Source: Oopsacas minuta
Taxonomy: Eukaryota; Animalia; Porifera
Length of the DNA stretch: 64,000 bases
Direction of reading: 5' to 3'
NCBI GenBank assembly: GCA_024704765.1
Contig: JAKMXF010000011.1
Coordinates: forward strand, 947,973-1,011,972
Below are positions 30,534 through 41,629 of the stretch, one piece after another (positions within the stretch are counted from its first letter, which is position 1; every line of letters begins with the position of its first letter). Position numbers and translations under genes: made by a program. The notes beneath the pieces are model-generated. The model saw nothing but the letters and a program-made list of their open reading frames with translations. It had not been told where the DNA came from and made no database searches.

Positions 30534-32726
30534 ATGTCTGTTGTAGTTGTACAACCAGCTCCTACCATCCCTACCCAACCACAACCTATATTATCCAATG
30601 GAAATATTACCGAACATTCCCAGGATAACACAGAACAAACAAAAAGTAAACCTCTTATAGGTATCATATATCCACCCCCTGAAGTACGGAATATCATAGA
30701 CAGGACTGCTGAGTTTGTAGCTAGAAATGGACCAGCTTATGAGACTAAGGTTAGAGACTCAGAAACAGGAAATAACAAATTCAACTTTCTGCACATGACA
30801 GATCCTTACCATGCTTACTACCGTATGCGTGTGAATGGATACAAAGAAGGTAAAGTTATGCCTAGCCCTATGATGCATATAACCACAGGTTCTGCACCTA
30901 AACCCTCCATACAGACAATAAAACTGGACAGTCTGGTCCCTAAAGAACCGCCAGCTGAGTTTGAATTCCTAGCAGAGCCTCCCTCCATCTCCTCCCTGGA
31001 TTTAGACATAGTTAAACTGACTGCACAGTTTGCAGCTCAGCATGGACGCTCTTTCGTGAACAGACTGATGGATAAGGAGCAGAAAAACTATCAGTTCGAT
31101 TTCTTAAGACCACAACACAGTCTATTCACATACTTCAATAAACTGATAGAGCAATATCAAAATGTTCTTATTCCTCCAAAGAATGTTCTAGAACATTTAT
31201 CAAAAGATATCTACACTACTGATAATCTATTCGAGAGAGTTGAGAAGCGATTCCATTGGAACACATACCAGAGAAGACAGAGACGAGGAGAGGAGGAGAA
31301 GTACGAAAGAGAGAGGGTAGCTTATGCACAGATAGACTGGCATGATTTTGTTGTAGTAGAGACGATAAATTTCACTGAAGAGGAATCTGGATTCTTTCCT
31401 CCTCCCGTAACGCCCCATACATTAACCGCTAGGTTAATAGCACAGGCAAAGCATGAGGCTAGAGCTAATGCAGATGAGTTTACAGAAGTACGAGAAGTAG
31501 AGATGGAGGATGATATAGCTACTCCAGCTGAGGCTCCACCGCCCCGAGACCCTGAGCCTATTGCTCCTCCTCCTGTTATTAACACAGCTCCTCCAGTACA
31601 GGAAGGAGACATAATAATCCGATCTGATTACGATCCTAAAGCTAGACCACAGCTGCCTACAGCTGGACCTGGTGTAGACAAGTACCTTACTTCTCCTATA
31701 ACTGGGGAGATTGTTCCTTCTGAGAAAGCTACTTCTCATGTTAAGCATTTGCTGGTAGACTCTAAATGGCGTGAATCACAGAACAAATTAATTAACCAGC
31801 AGCACCAGCAGGTAGAAGTGTATGCAGAGGGTAGTCAGATTACACAAAATCTGAGAGGACTAGCTGAGAGGAGGACTGATATATTTGGATCTGAAGAGAC
31901 AGTTATAGGACGTACTATAGGAGAGGATCAGGGTCCTGAAGCTATGGCATTAGCTAGTGAGCTAGCTCAGGGAGGAGTACTTGATGATGCATTAAAAGCT
32001 CTAAAGTATACGATAGAGGAATCTCCAAAGATTGGGCCTTCTATGCCGCATAAACCTCAACAGATCTCTGCTCCAGTTAACCCTATTCCTATTCATATGC
32101 TTCCTACACACACCCCTCTACCCTTACCAAGAGCTCCTGCTATAGAGAAACGTCTCTCTGCTCCTACTCTAGCACCAGCACCTCCTCCTAGACCTATGGG
32201 AGATATCAGACAACCTTTTAGTATCCAGCAGCCTAATCCAGGTATGATACAGAGACCTACACTGTCTGGTAACTTCCCTCCTATGATAGCACCTCAGCAG
32301 TACATGCATCCACCCCCTAATCCCGAGGTCATGCATCCTAGACCCCCGCAATACCCTCCCAGTCTAGCTATGCATGATCCTATGGCTAAGAGACCAAGGA
32401 CAGAGGAGGAGATGTTGGTACATGAGGATGAGTTCATAAGGTACCATCCCGGCCCTGTCTCATTCAGAGTACAATGTCCTCAGTTACCTGAGAAACCTGA
32501 ATGGAACCTGAATGGACAGATCCTAACCATAAATCTTCCTGTAGAGGATCAGGTCTCTGTTATTAAAGCTATGATTGCCGCACAAATTGACATGCCTATA
32601 GGAAAACAGAAGCTGCAATTAGGATCTATTTTCCTGAAGGATTCTAATAGTTTAGGATTCTATAACATCAGTGAAGAGACTGTAGTACAGCTGGTTGTGA
32701 AGGAGAGGGGAGGAAGGAAGAAGTAA
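30534..32726 (+). CDS. SF3A1: Splicing factor 3A subunit 1 (Prp21)
   Basis: Two SURP modules (IYPPPEVRNIIDRTAEFVARNG; IVKLTAQFAAQHG), YAQIDWHDFVVVETI, LAERRTDIFG, C-terminal UBL ending KERGGRKK. Confidence 0.98.
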   Translation: MSVVVVQPAPTIPTQPQPILSNGNITEHSQDNTEQTKSKPLIGIIYPPPEVRNIIDRTAEFVARNGPAYETKVRDSETGNNKFNFLHMTDPYHAYYRMRVNGYKEGKVMPSPMMHITTGSAPKPSIQTIKLDSLVPKEPPAEFEFLAEPPSISSLDLDIVKLTAQFAAQHGRSFVNRLMDKEQKNYQFDFLRPQHSLFTYFNKLIEQYQNVLIPPKNVLEHLSKDIYTTDNLFERVEKRFHWNTYQRRQRRGEEEKYERERVAYAQIDWHDFVVVETINFTEEESGFFPPPVTPHTLTARLIAQAKHEARANADEFTEVREVEMEDDIATPAEAPPPRDPEPIAPPPVINTAPPVQEGDIIIRSDYDPKARPQLPTAGPGVDKYLTSPITGEIVPSEKATSHVKHLLVDSKWRESQNKLINQQHQQVEVYAEGSQITQNLRGLAERRTDIFGSEETVIGRTIGEDQGPEAMALASELAQGGVLDDALKALKYTIEESPKIGPSMPHKPQQISAPVNPIPIHMLPTHTPLPLPRAPAIEKRLSAPTLAPAPPPRPMGDIRQPFSIQQPNPGMIQRPTLSGNFPPMIAPQQYMHPPPNPEVMHPRPPQYPPSLAMHDPMAKRPRTEEEMLVHEDEFIRYHPGPVSFRVQCPQLPEKPEWNLNGQILTINLPVEDQVSVIKAMIAAQIDMPIGKQKLQLGSIFLKDSNSLGFYNISEETVVQLVVKERGGRKK

Positions 32727-32856
32727 TTTGTTAGAGCTAATTTGCTAATAAACACTTGTGACTTATTATGATAAAAAGCTGAAATTCATTGATTTATTTA
32801 ACCTTCTTTTAAAACTATTTTAATAATTCAATCTCTAACACGATATCATATAGGTA

Positions 32857-33540
32857 ATGAAATGGTACCGTGTGTATCCACTAGCTTTGATTACTGGGTC
32901 AGTAAGTGGATATTTGTATCACAAGTCAAAGGATGATGCGATTCTTAGGAGGACATTATTACAGATAACTGCGGCTTCTGTTGCTTACACTACGATTGGG
33001 TTTACTGTGACGTTTTTAATTCCGCGATTTCGTTTCGGTTGTTTTTACTATACTTTGACTGCTTTGATAACTTCTTCAAACTTTCTATTCACTCGTCAGT
33101 TCTTAATAGAGAGAGAATGGCTTTATAGAAAAAATATAAGTCCCAAACATAATTTGTATATCAACAGTGCTGCTAGTGGAGCAGAAACAGGTTTATTGCT
33201 AGAAGGAATATTAGCAGAGGGAACTGTTCTATCTACATTAAAGTCTATTGGCTACTGGTCTGCTGTAGCTCTAGTACTGCAGTACTGCTTCTTCCAAATG
33301 GAGGGATGGCGTATCAGGAAATCTCTGAGTTTACACAGTCCTGAACTATTCCCTGAATCTAAGAAGACCTGGACAGAACGAGCCATAGAATGGTTAGAAG
33401 ATATTATACTACATGATTGGGAGATTGACGTAGTCAACAAACAGAATGAAATTCTAGATTTGAGAATTATACGAGAAGTAGACAGAGTACGACAAGCTAA
33501 AACAATCTTAGAAAATAATCACATTCCTTGTGACGACTAG
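32857..33540 (+). CDS. Hypothetical multi-pass membrane protein, possibly Tim17/22/23 (PRAT) superfamily
   Basis: Several hydrophobic segments; small-residue motif INSAASGAETGLLL. Confidence 0.55.
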   Translation: MKWYRVYPLALITGSVSGYLYHKSKDDAILRRTLLQITAASVAYTTIGFTVTFLIPRFRFGCFYYTLTALITSSNFLFTRQFLIEREWLYRKNISPKHNLYINSAASGAETGLLLEGILAEGTVLSTLKSIGYWSAVALVLQYCFFQMEGWRIRKSLSLHSPELFPESKKTWTERAIEWLEDIILHDWEIDVVNKQNEILDLRIIREVDRVRQAKTILENNHIPCDD

Positions 33541-33624
33541 TGTTGTCATGCATAGATTAAGATTACATTACGATTACGAAATTATAACTTTATAAGTGTA
33601 TTATATCTTTAATTAGCTAGCAAT

Positions 33625-33945
33625 ATGACTACCAATTTGGATCTAATGACCTTGAATGAGCAGGATGAGGAGGACGCAATTCAGCATGACGTCATACACA
33701 TCCGCGTACAGCAACGTAGTGGCCGTAAACTCCTGACGACTGTACAAGGTATAGAAGAAAAATTTGATAAACGTAAACTGGTGAAATACATTAGGAAGAT
33801 ATACGCATGCAGTGGTACTGTTATAAAGCATTCTGAGTATGGAGAGGTTATGCAGTTTCAGGGAGACCAGCGTACGAAAGTAGCTGAGTTCTTGGTACAG
33901 ATAGAAATGTGTGGGAGGGGTGTTATCAAGATTCATGGTTTCTAA
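33625..33945 (+). CDS. EIF1: Translation initiation factor eIF1/SUI1 (somewhat divergent)
   Basis: IHIRVQQRSGRKLLTTVQG, YACSGTV, HSEYGEVMQFQGDQR, IKIHGF. Confidence 0.92.
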   Translation: MTTNLDLMTLNEQDEEDAIQHDVIHIRVQQRSGRKLLTTVQGIEEKFDKRKLVKYIRKIYACSGTVIKHSEYGEVMQFQGDQRTKVAEFLVQIEMCGRGVIKIHGF

Positions 33946-34055
33946 TAGTCCTGTGTGTATTTCCTGTTGAATTTAGTATTATTTGATTAGTTAATTGATT
34001 GAGTCATCATATAGATTATATTATTTGTCTCTAATTGCATAACATTAGATATTAT

Positions 34056-37000
34056 ATGTCAACATTCCCACACCCTCGCAGTGGACCACAGGATCCTCCT
34101 TTCTTGAGACAAGCTACTCACCCAAATCAAGAGAGAGATTTGAATAAATTGGACCATACTTTGTCTGCTACCAGCTACCAGAGGTCTCCAAACTTTACAA
34201 GTCCTATTTATTCAGGGGGTGGAGGATACCAGCAATCGTCTCCTGCATTTATTCACCCTCCCCCCCAGATAGATATGCCTCCTTATCGGGCGCAATATGA
34301 CGCCAGATTTCAGATGAATCAACCTTTGGTTCCTATCAGACCGTACTATCCAAATCCTCGTGATATGAATATACCATTTCCTAACTATGCTCAGAGTAAT
34401 ACACCCAATCCTTCAGGTACAGACAATTGATTATAAATTCTGTGAAAATTGAGTGTTTATGAGTAATTTGTTAGGCGCGTTTAAGTCAGCAGTTAGCTAG
34501 CAAATATTCAAATATTAAGTGTATGTTAATTGGATAGGAAGTAAGTCACTCAATTGTCTACGTTATACTTTTAGTTGTATAAACCTAAATTACATATTTA
34601 CAAAAGTAATTGTTAATTATAATCTGTGTGATACTCTAGTTGAATCTCTTCAACCTCCTGAGTTACCTCCTAAACCACGTTCTGGACAACAACAACAATT
34701 ACAGCCACCAGTACAACAAGTACAAGCTATGAATCAACAACCAGTAGTAAATGAACCTGTGATGTTACCAAGAGATACACATGAACAAGAGCCTAATCTC
34801 TTCCAGCCACCTCCCGTACCAGCTAGGCCAGGACAACAACAAACTCTGGATCCTAGGAAGTCACCTGTGTGAGTTATTATATTAATTTATGACCTAATAT
34901 TAATAAGAGTAAACACTATTTGCATATATATATTACACTATTGTAAGACTACCTTATTCATTAGAAAATACTAGGAATATTTATTCAAAAGTGTGAATAT
35001 AACCTTTACATTTCATTATGTGTCTAATTTCGCGTTTTATCATCCTGGCTGTGTTATCCATTTACTGGGGTGTCGCTGTTTCCTCGGAAGAAGAGCTCGC
35101 TCGCTCTGCCATTCCTGAAGACGCGCCAGTACAACTTGTGAAACCTGACTTTGAGCATTTAAAACTCCAAATAATAGAAGAGAATGTAGATCTACTGAAT
35201 AGCATAGAAGGTGCTGTCGCAGTAGTTGCTGTAGTGGGACCTTTTCATAGCGGAAAATCTTTTTTAATGAATCAGCTGATGGGTAAAAGTAGTGGATTCG
35301 GTATTGGCAAGTATGTAGACCCTAAAACAATGGGAATTTGGATGTGGGGGAAACCAATGTTAGCTCCATCTACTGGAGAGAATATATCAATTGTATTTCT
35401 TGATACAGAGGGGTTCTCCTCGCGAAATGTTTCCGAGTTGTATGACGCGAAAATATTCGCAGTTACTAGTCTCCTCAGTTCGTTCTTACTCTACAATTCT
35501 GTTAAAATTATAAATCAGGACGATTTGGAGTATCTCGAGTTGTTAGCTCGTAGAACGCGGTTATTCGCACTTCAGGCCCAGATAAACAAAGGTGTCTACC
35601 ATGACTCATTCGATCACGATCTGCTTAGCTTCCCTCCATTAATTTGGGTGGTGCAGGATTTCGTACAGGCGTCAAAAGCCGGTGAATCACCTACCGATTG
35701 GTTGAATAAGTTAGTCGCATCCACCATGAAGGAGAATCAAGATTTCGATCTCAGCCTCGCGGAAATTTTCGCAGATTTACAATGTCATCCTATTTTCATA
35801 CCATCTGCTGAAAAGAAAATTCTAGAAGATCTGTCTCTGGCGAAGGAATCCGATTTAACCTCTGATTTTAAAGCAGATAGAGACGCTCTGAAGCTGCGAA
35901 TAACCGCGAATATAAAACCTAAAATGAAGTACAACAGTCCTATCAGAGGTCCAGAGCTGGCTGCACTGCTTAGAGTACTAGTATCTGCGTCTAATGACGG
36001 ATCCCTTCCTGAAATACCAGGCAGATGGAAGATATTTCTTGATCAGCTCAAGATAACCTCTAAAGAGAGTTGTATTCGTTTCTATAACTCAGAGTTTGCT
36101 GTATTTAAGAATGAGACTGGTAATATTGCTCTTAATATTACAGTATTACATCTATGGCATTTGAAAACTCTAGCAAAGGCTGAAGATCTTTTCAGGAAAT
36201 TATTACTGGGATATAACGAGCTAGTGGAAGTACCGCTAAATGACCTTATCTCTAAATTGGAGAACAAATACGCACAAGAAAATGAGATAAATCTGAAAAG
36301 AATTAACTCTAAATGTATAGAGACTAAGAAACAACAGAGTATAACAGCTGAGCAAATGATGGGAGATTTAGAATTACCACAGAGAATGGAAGAGATGAGA
36401 GAATACATAGAGTTTGTTAAGAGAAAGTGTAAAAAGGATTATTGGGCAGTTGTCAATTACCTGTCAGATGTCACAGATGTTAGGAACATTTCCAATGACC
36501 TTGTGGTTGCTATCGAAGAAATTGCTGATCTATCCGTTAAAGAGAATCTAAGAACGATTAGTGAGCTATACGATACTGCGAAACAAAGAGGAATTTCTGA
36601 GTTTCGCAGTTCCACTGAGTTCAAGGATAATGAGCCAATGATTTCGCGAGAGCTAAAGAGAGTTTCAGATCTAGCAATATTACAGGCGAAAAAAGCCGCA
36701 GAAACATACGCAGATCCTTCGCTTGATAAAGGTAGTTATAAAAAGTTTTTAGAAGAATTACAAGAATCACTGGAGAAGGAAGTTATAACTCTAAAAGATA
36801 AGAATTTGGTTATTCTATCTTCTAAGTGTTTGGAAGTAATTTCTTCTCTTAAACTACAGTACATTGCAGCAACAGGATCTGATCATATACAGCTACCTTT
36901 GTTTGAAGAGAGTTTAACTGCTAGACTTAACTTGGAAGAGAATAAGATTTATAGAGAATATACAGATCATTTTAATCAGTTCACAGAGTTCAAAGAGGTC

Positions 37001-38849
37001 GGAGAGCTCCGTGATAAACTTGAGCAGGAGATCAAGCAATTGGAGGGACAGAGGGTCCAGGAGAATCTGGACGCTCTAGCTAAAGCTGTCTCCATCCCCC
37101 TGTCTAACGCAATTTCGATTGTGAAGCTTTCTGCTGCGAAATATGACACCGTTTGGGAGTTCAGGAGCTTTGTACTTAGAGTATGTAGCGTAGAGTTAGA
37201 GAAGGGCAAAGCTAAGGAATGGTCAGAGGAAATGAGATATAAAGTAATAGACCATTATATCAATACTAATGAGTTTATACAGAGGGAAATACAGGCTAGA
37301 GATGGTCTGTTCTCTACCATTAAGGGATGGATTATGCGGATACTTAGCTTAATATTTGGTTATTAGTGAATTTGTTTACTTTTAGATTGATTATTGATCA
37401 AATTACATTTCTTTAGATTAATCATTATTTGTATTTCTTTATTCATAATAGTCCCGAGAAGAAACCAACCAGCGGACGGATTAATGCATCAGATCCTAAC
37501 ATAGCTGCTCAGCTAGAAGAGATGAGTAATGATCCTGGTATTGTAACTGAAAGGTTGAAGAAGGTAGCTGAAGTTCTGTCTGCTTGGCCTAAGAAATACG
37601 AAGCAGCGATACAAGGTAAAGCTAGGAAGCTACACGAGTCTGTAATGCATGCCAATCAGGATTTGGGTTTCTTGAAGGATGAACTACAGAAAGCAAGAAT
37701 GTCTCTGCAATCTTCTCAGACAGACAACCACGATTTGAAAGGAGAGTTACAAGTACTGAGAGAAGAAAACCAGGCTATGAGACAGGTCAATAATCCATAG
37801 TTTAATTCGTAATTGTATGTATAATAAACAGTACGTATATGTAATAGGGAGGGAATGCTCCTACAGAATCATTCTTCAGTAACGAAGAGACTCAGTTATT
37901 GATTGCTGATTTGAGGAATGAAATCGTAGCTCTTAAAAGTGAAGTTCCAGACCCGAATCTATGCGACAGTCTTCGTCTCATGATTCAGTTATTAGAAGAA
38001 GACAAGAGAACTGTTCAGGTAAGATATAATTGTAGTGTAGGGAGCATTTCTTATAAATGCTATATATTGTCCATAGTACATTTTGAATGCTTTAATAATC
38101 TTTAGAATAAATATACACAAGTTAATGAGGAGCTACACTCCAGGGATAACGAGATATCTCGATTAATGAGAGACCATGAAGCTAGTGGTAACTTTATTCA
38201 AGAGGGTAGGATTGGTTTAGAGAAACAATTCAACTCTCAGCTAGCAGAATTACGCAGACAGAACAACACACTATCTCAACAGCTGGATTATTCTAATCAG
38301 AAGTTAGAGATGAGTCAGAGGAGAGATGCTACAGAGAATGAGCCTGGTCCTAGTAGAGTTGAACTCATGGTATTATAATTTATATGCTGGAATTAACTGT
38401 AGAATAATTTGCATTATATTATAGGGTGTAGTGGAAACTGCTAATAAATTTAACGATCAGTTACAATTGAAAGTTCACGAGAAAGAAGATGAGATAACTA
38501 GATTAAAGAAACTTTTAGAATCCAGTAGAGAGATTCTGACGTCTTCCTCTACTTCTAATCAGACTTACAGCCAATCTGAATCTGAAACCAGAACAAAAGA
38601 TGAAATTGTATTTCTTCGCATTCAAATCAAAAACTTGGAAAGAGAAGTTGAAGAACTGAGACAGAATCAATTTGTTAAACCTAAATCTGATGGTAGGCTA
38701 GAGAATGATTTAGCAGAAGCTAGAGAGAGAGTTAAGAAATGTGAAGGGGTTATACATGATAGAGAAATGCAGATTAGAATGTTACAGAATAATGTGAGAG
38801 AGAGAGTTCAGGAAAAAGTGATCATATAGCGTTTATTTGTTGTTTGTTG

Positions 38850-38884
<35 letters not shown>

Positions 38885-41411
38885 TTAGGAAAAGGAAGAT
38901 TTGATAGGTACACTGCTACAAGAGAAGGATACGCTAACACAACAATTAGACGATCTTAAGGTAGAGATTGATAGTCAAAAGCCTATGAAAGAAAAGGTCC
39001 TTGTACTGACTAATTGGCTAGAAGGAAGAGACAAACTTATACAAAGACTTAACGATACTATTTCCCATCTTAAAAACGAAGCTGGCATTTACCAGAGAAA
39101 TACTGAAGAGTATGACAGACGGTCACAAGAACAGGCAGAGTATGGTAATAGATGGAGACAGGAGGCTAGTAAGAGTGAACAGACAATGCTCTGGTATAAA
39201 TCTAAAGTGCAGGAATTAGAAGTTAGACTAGCAAAAGCTCCTAGCATGGATACAGCTAAAGAAGTGTATGACGTAATGGTAGAATCAATGACAAGAGATA
39301 TGAATGCTCTTAGAGTTGAAAAAGAGAAAGTGGAGAGTGTTTATAAGGCACAATGTGATCATGTACAAAAGCTGCAACAGAGTCTGAAAGATTTGAGTGT
39401 AGAATGTGCTGAGCTTAAGAACCAGAGACAGGTATACGGGCCGCACCAGTGTTTTGATATTGGAAGTGGAGCTCCGAGGTACCCTGATCCACAAACCCCA
39501 TCGTCTGGTGCTCAGAGGGAACTTGTTCAGGGGCGTGACACGGGTGTCAAATATCCTCCTCACTAACAGCCGAGTTATACCCCTAAACATGTGTAATAAT
39601 TGTAAAAGGAATTTGTGCTTCTTTTGAATTGTTTACTTTATTCTTTTATTGCTCGTTATTTTACGTAATTATTTTCTTATTTGTATTCATAGTTATTACT
39701 AATTTATTTATCAAGATTGTTAATAATACAATAGCTTATCATGTCAGTTAATACAGAGATCCCTGCTCTGCTACGAGAACTGGTAGGCAATCAAGAGCTA
39801 CAGTTCAATCGGCTCTTTAAGGAACAAGAAAATAGCAACACATATCTACGGGATGAGCTAGCTGATATGAAAACGAGATTTCAAAACATGGAAATGCAAT
39901 TAATCAGAAATAAAAATGTACAGAAAGATAACGTTACTATTAAATCCACATTGGTGGAGAACAGTGAGGCTATTCAGGTCTCTGGTGGTAGTGGTATAGA
40001 GACAGAGCTTATTGAGTTGAAGGAGAAGCACCTAGCCCTGGAAATTGATTATAGAATGCAAAAGTGTAGAATTGATGACCCTAACATATCAATAGTAGGA
40101 ACCAAGAGTAGACAATTCAGAAGTGATTCAGCTAATGCTGAGCTAGAGAGGAAGGTGGAAGAGTTAGAGAGAGAGCTCGAATTGTCTAGAAAGGAGAAAG
40201 CTGAATTAATGGTTTGTAACCTATAATCATAGCTTATATATACTTTAATATAATTACTTTTTAGACTAAACCTAATGCTAATAATGATACAGAAGAGAAA
40301 CTACAGAAAGCAGAGATACAATACTCAAATTTGGAGAATACACATAACAATCTTATGGATCAGTATAACGAAATATTCAGGAATAATACAGCCCAAGAGA
40401 AGAGGATTAGAGACTTAGAGAAAGAGCTGGATGAGTTTAAGGGTAGAGATAGAGAGAGAAATATGCGAGAGATGAATATATTGGACACTTCTATTGGAAA
40501 TGACGTAATATTATATATATAAACTATTTAATATATTCTAATGATATTATTAATGGTGTAATTCTTGTATAGCAAGCCTTCAAAATTCTCCAGCAAGAAA
40601 ACCAAATACTCCGGGTAGACCTGGAGGAAGAGAGAGCTACTAAGATAGCAATTGAGAAGAATAACCAAGTAACAATTTACGTAATCAAATTCATAAAATT
40701 TTCTTTTCTTTTAATATACATTATTTCTAGGGAAAAGATGATTTGCTTCATTCCTTACTAGAAGACAAAACTTATTTCTCTAACAAGGTAGAACTTCAGG
40801 AGAAATCTATTTCTAAGCTCAGAAGCGACCTAGAAGTAGCAGAAGCTGCACAGAGACGTTGCCACCAGTTAGAAATAGAGAATTCTGACTTAGAATTAAA
40901 CTATCAGACTAGATTGTCTGAGTATAACATAGCTATTGAGCAGAGGAATGAAATTCACAAACATTACGAACAACAAAAGGCAGAATTCTCTGAGCTGAGA
41001 ATGAGTTCTCAGACTTATGATAGAGCTATAAAGGAGAGAGATGCTAAACTAAAATCTTTGTATGAAGAGAATATACAGCTCAAAGATTCTGTAGAGAGTC
41101 ATTCTGTTACACACCAGTTCTTACAAGAAGAGCAGCTACGTATTCAGAAAGAATCTGAAGATCTACAACGAACTATTCAAAATTTGAAAACAGAATTGGA
41201 GAAGAAGAAGCAAGAAGTTAGCGATGTACGTCGTGACTTAGAAGCGCGTAAGAATCTTCACCCGACTTATACCAATCCGTACATGGGCCCCTATAACCCC
41301 TCAGGTATGTCTAGAGCTCCTTCTGGGTTTGATAGTCAAAGTTTCACCGGGAATTCATCTCAAAGTTCTGGATCTCCACCTAGATTCTCTTACAATAGCC
41401 CTGATTCCTAA
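34056..41411 (+). CDS. Large coiled-coil protein (about 1260 aa) with Pro/Gln-rich N-terminus; model exons 34056-34416, 34640-34868, 37452-37785, 37848-38018, 38106-38369, 38425-38817, 38889-39431, 39735-40211, 40265-40504, 40573-40668, 40731-41411
   Basis: All ten introns are GT-AG with matching phases (1, 2, then eight phase 0), with continuous heptad character from exon 3. The junction 34868/37452 that spans the GBP-like gene is the least certain; an alternative donor exists at 38794. Confidence 0.65.
35018..37366 (+). CDS. GBP/atlastin (GB1/RHD3-type) large GTPase with N-terminal signal peptide and long helical C-terminus, intronless
   Basis: P-loop GPFHSGKS, switch I PKTMGIW, G3 LDTEG, WVVQDF (RD motif as QD); leader MCLISRFIILAVLSIYWGVAVS. 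Confidence 0.88.
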   Translation: MCLISRFIILAVLSIYWGVAVSSEEELARSAIPEDAPVQLVKPDFEHLKLQIIEENVDLLNSIEGAVAVVAVVGPFHSGKSFLMNQLMGKSSGFGIGKYVDPKTMGIWMWGKPMLAPSTGENISIVFLDTEGFSSRNVSELYDAKIFAVTSLLSSFLLYNSVKIINQDDLEYLELLARRTRLFALQAQINKGVYHDSFDHDLLSFPPLIWVVQDFVQASKAGESPTDWLNKLVASTMKENQDFDLSLAEIFADLQCHPIFIPSAEKKILEDLSLAKESDLTSDFKADRDALKLRITANIKPKMKYNSPIRGPELAALLRVLVSASNDGSLPEIPGRWKIFLDQLKITSKESCIRFYNSEFAVFKNETGNIALNITVLHLWHLKTLAKAEDLFRKLLLGYNELVEVPLNDLISKLENKYAQENEINLKRINSKCIETKKQQSITAEQMMGDLELPQRMEEMREYIEFVKRKCKKDYWAVVNYLSDVTDVRNISNDLVVAIEEIADLSVKENLRTISELYDTAKQRGISEFRSSTEFKDNEPMISRELKRVSDLAILQAKKAAETYADPSLDKGSYKKFLEELQESLEKEVITLKDKNLVILSSKCLEVISSLKLQYIAATGSDHIQLPLFEESLTARLNLEENKIYREYTDHFNQFTEFKEVGELRDKLEQEIKQLEGQRVQENLDALAKAVSIPLSNAISIVKLSAAKYDTVWEFRSFVLRVCSVELEKGKAKEWSEEMRYKVIDHYINTNEFIQREIQARDGLFSTIKGWIMRILSLIFGY
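38838..38886. repeat. Intronic (GTT)n/(TTA)n microsatellite
   Basis: ttgttgtttgttgttgttattattattattattattattattattatttt directly before acceptor 38888. Confidence 0.85.
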
Positions 41412-41629
41412 ATGTATTTAGTATCCTTTTACTTTACTAATTGGTACATATATCATTCTAAAAAGGTTAATGCCAAACATTGCAAGGATGAATCTTTTGA
41501 AACTTTGCATAAAGAAATTCTTTGTGTAAATCGGTAACTATTATTATTCTTTTATTTTATTGGGCTATATGTATTTACTACAAGCAATAGTAATCATGCA
41601 AATACTTCACATACAGGTGTAATTAATAT

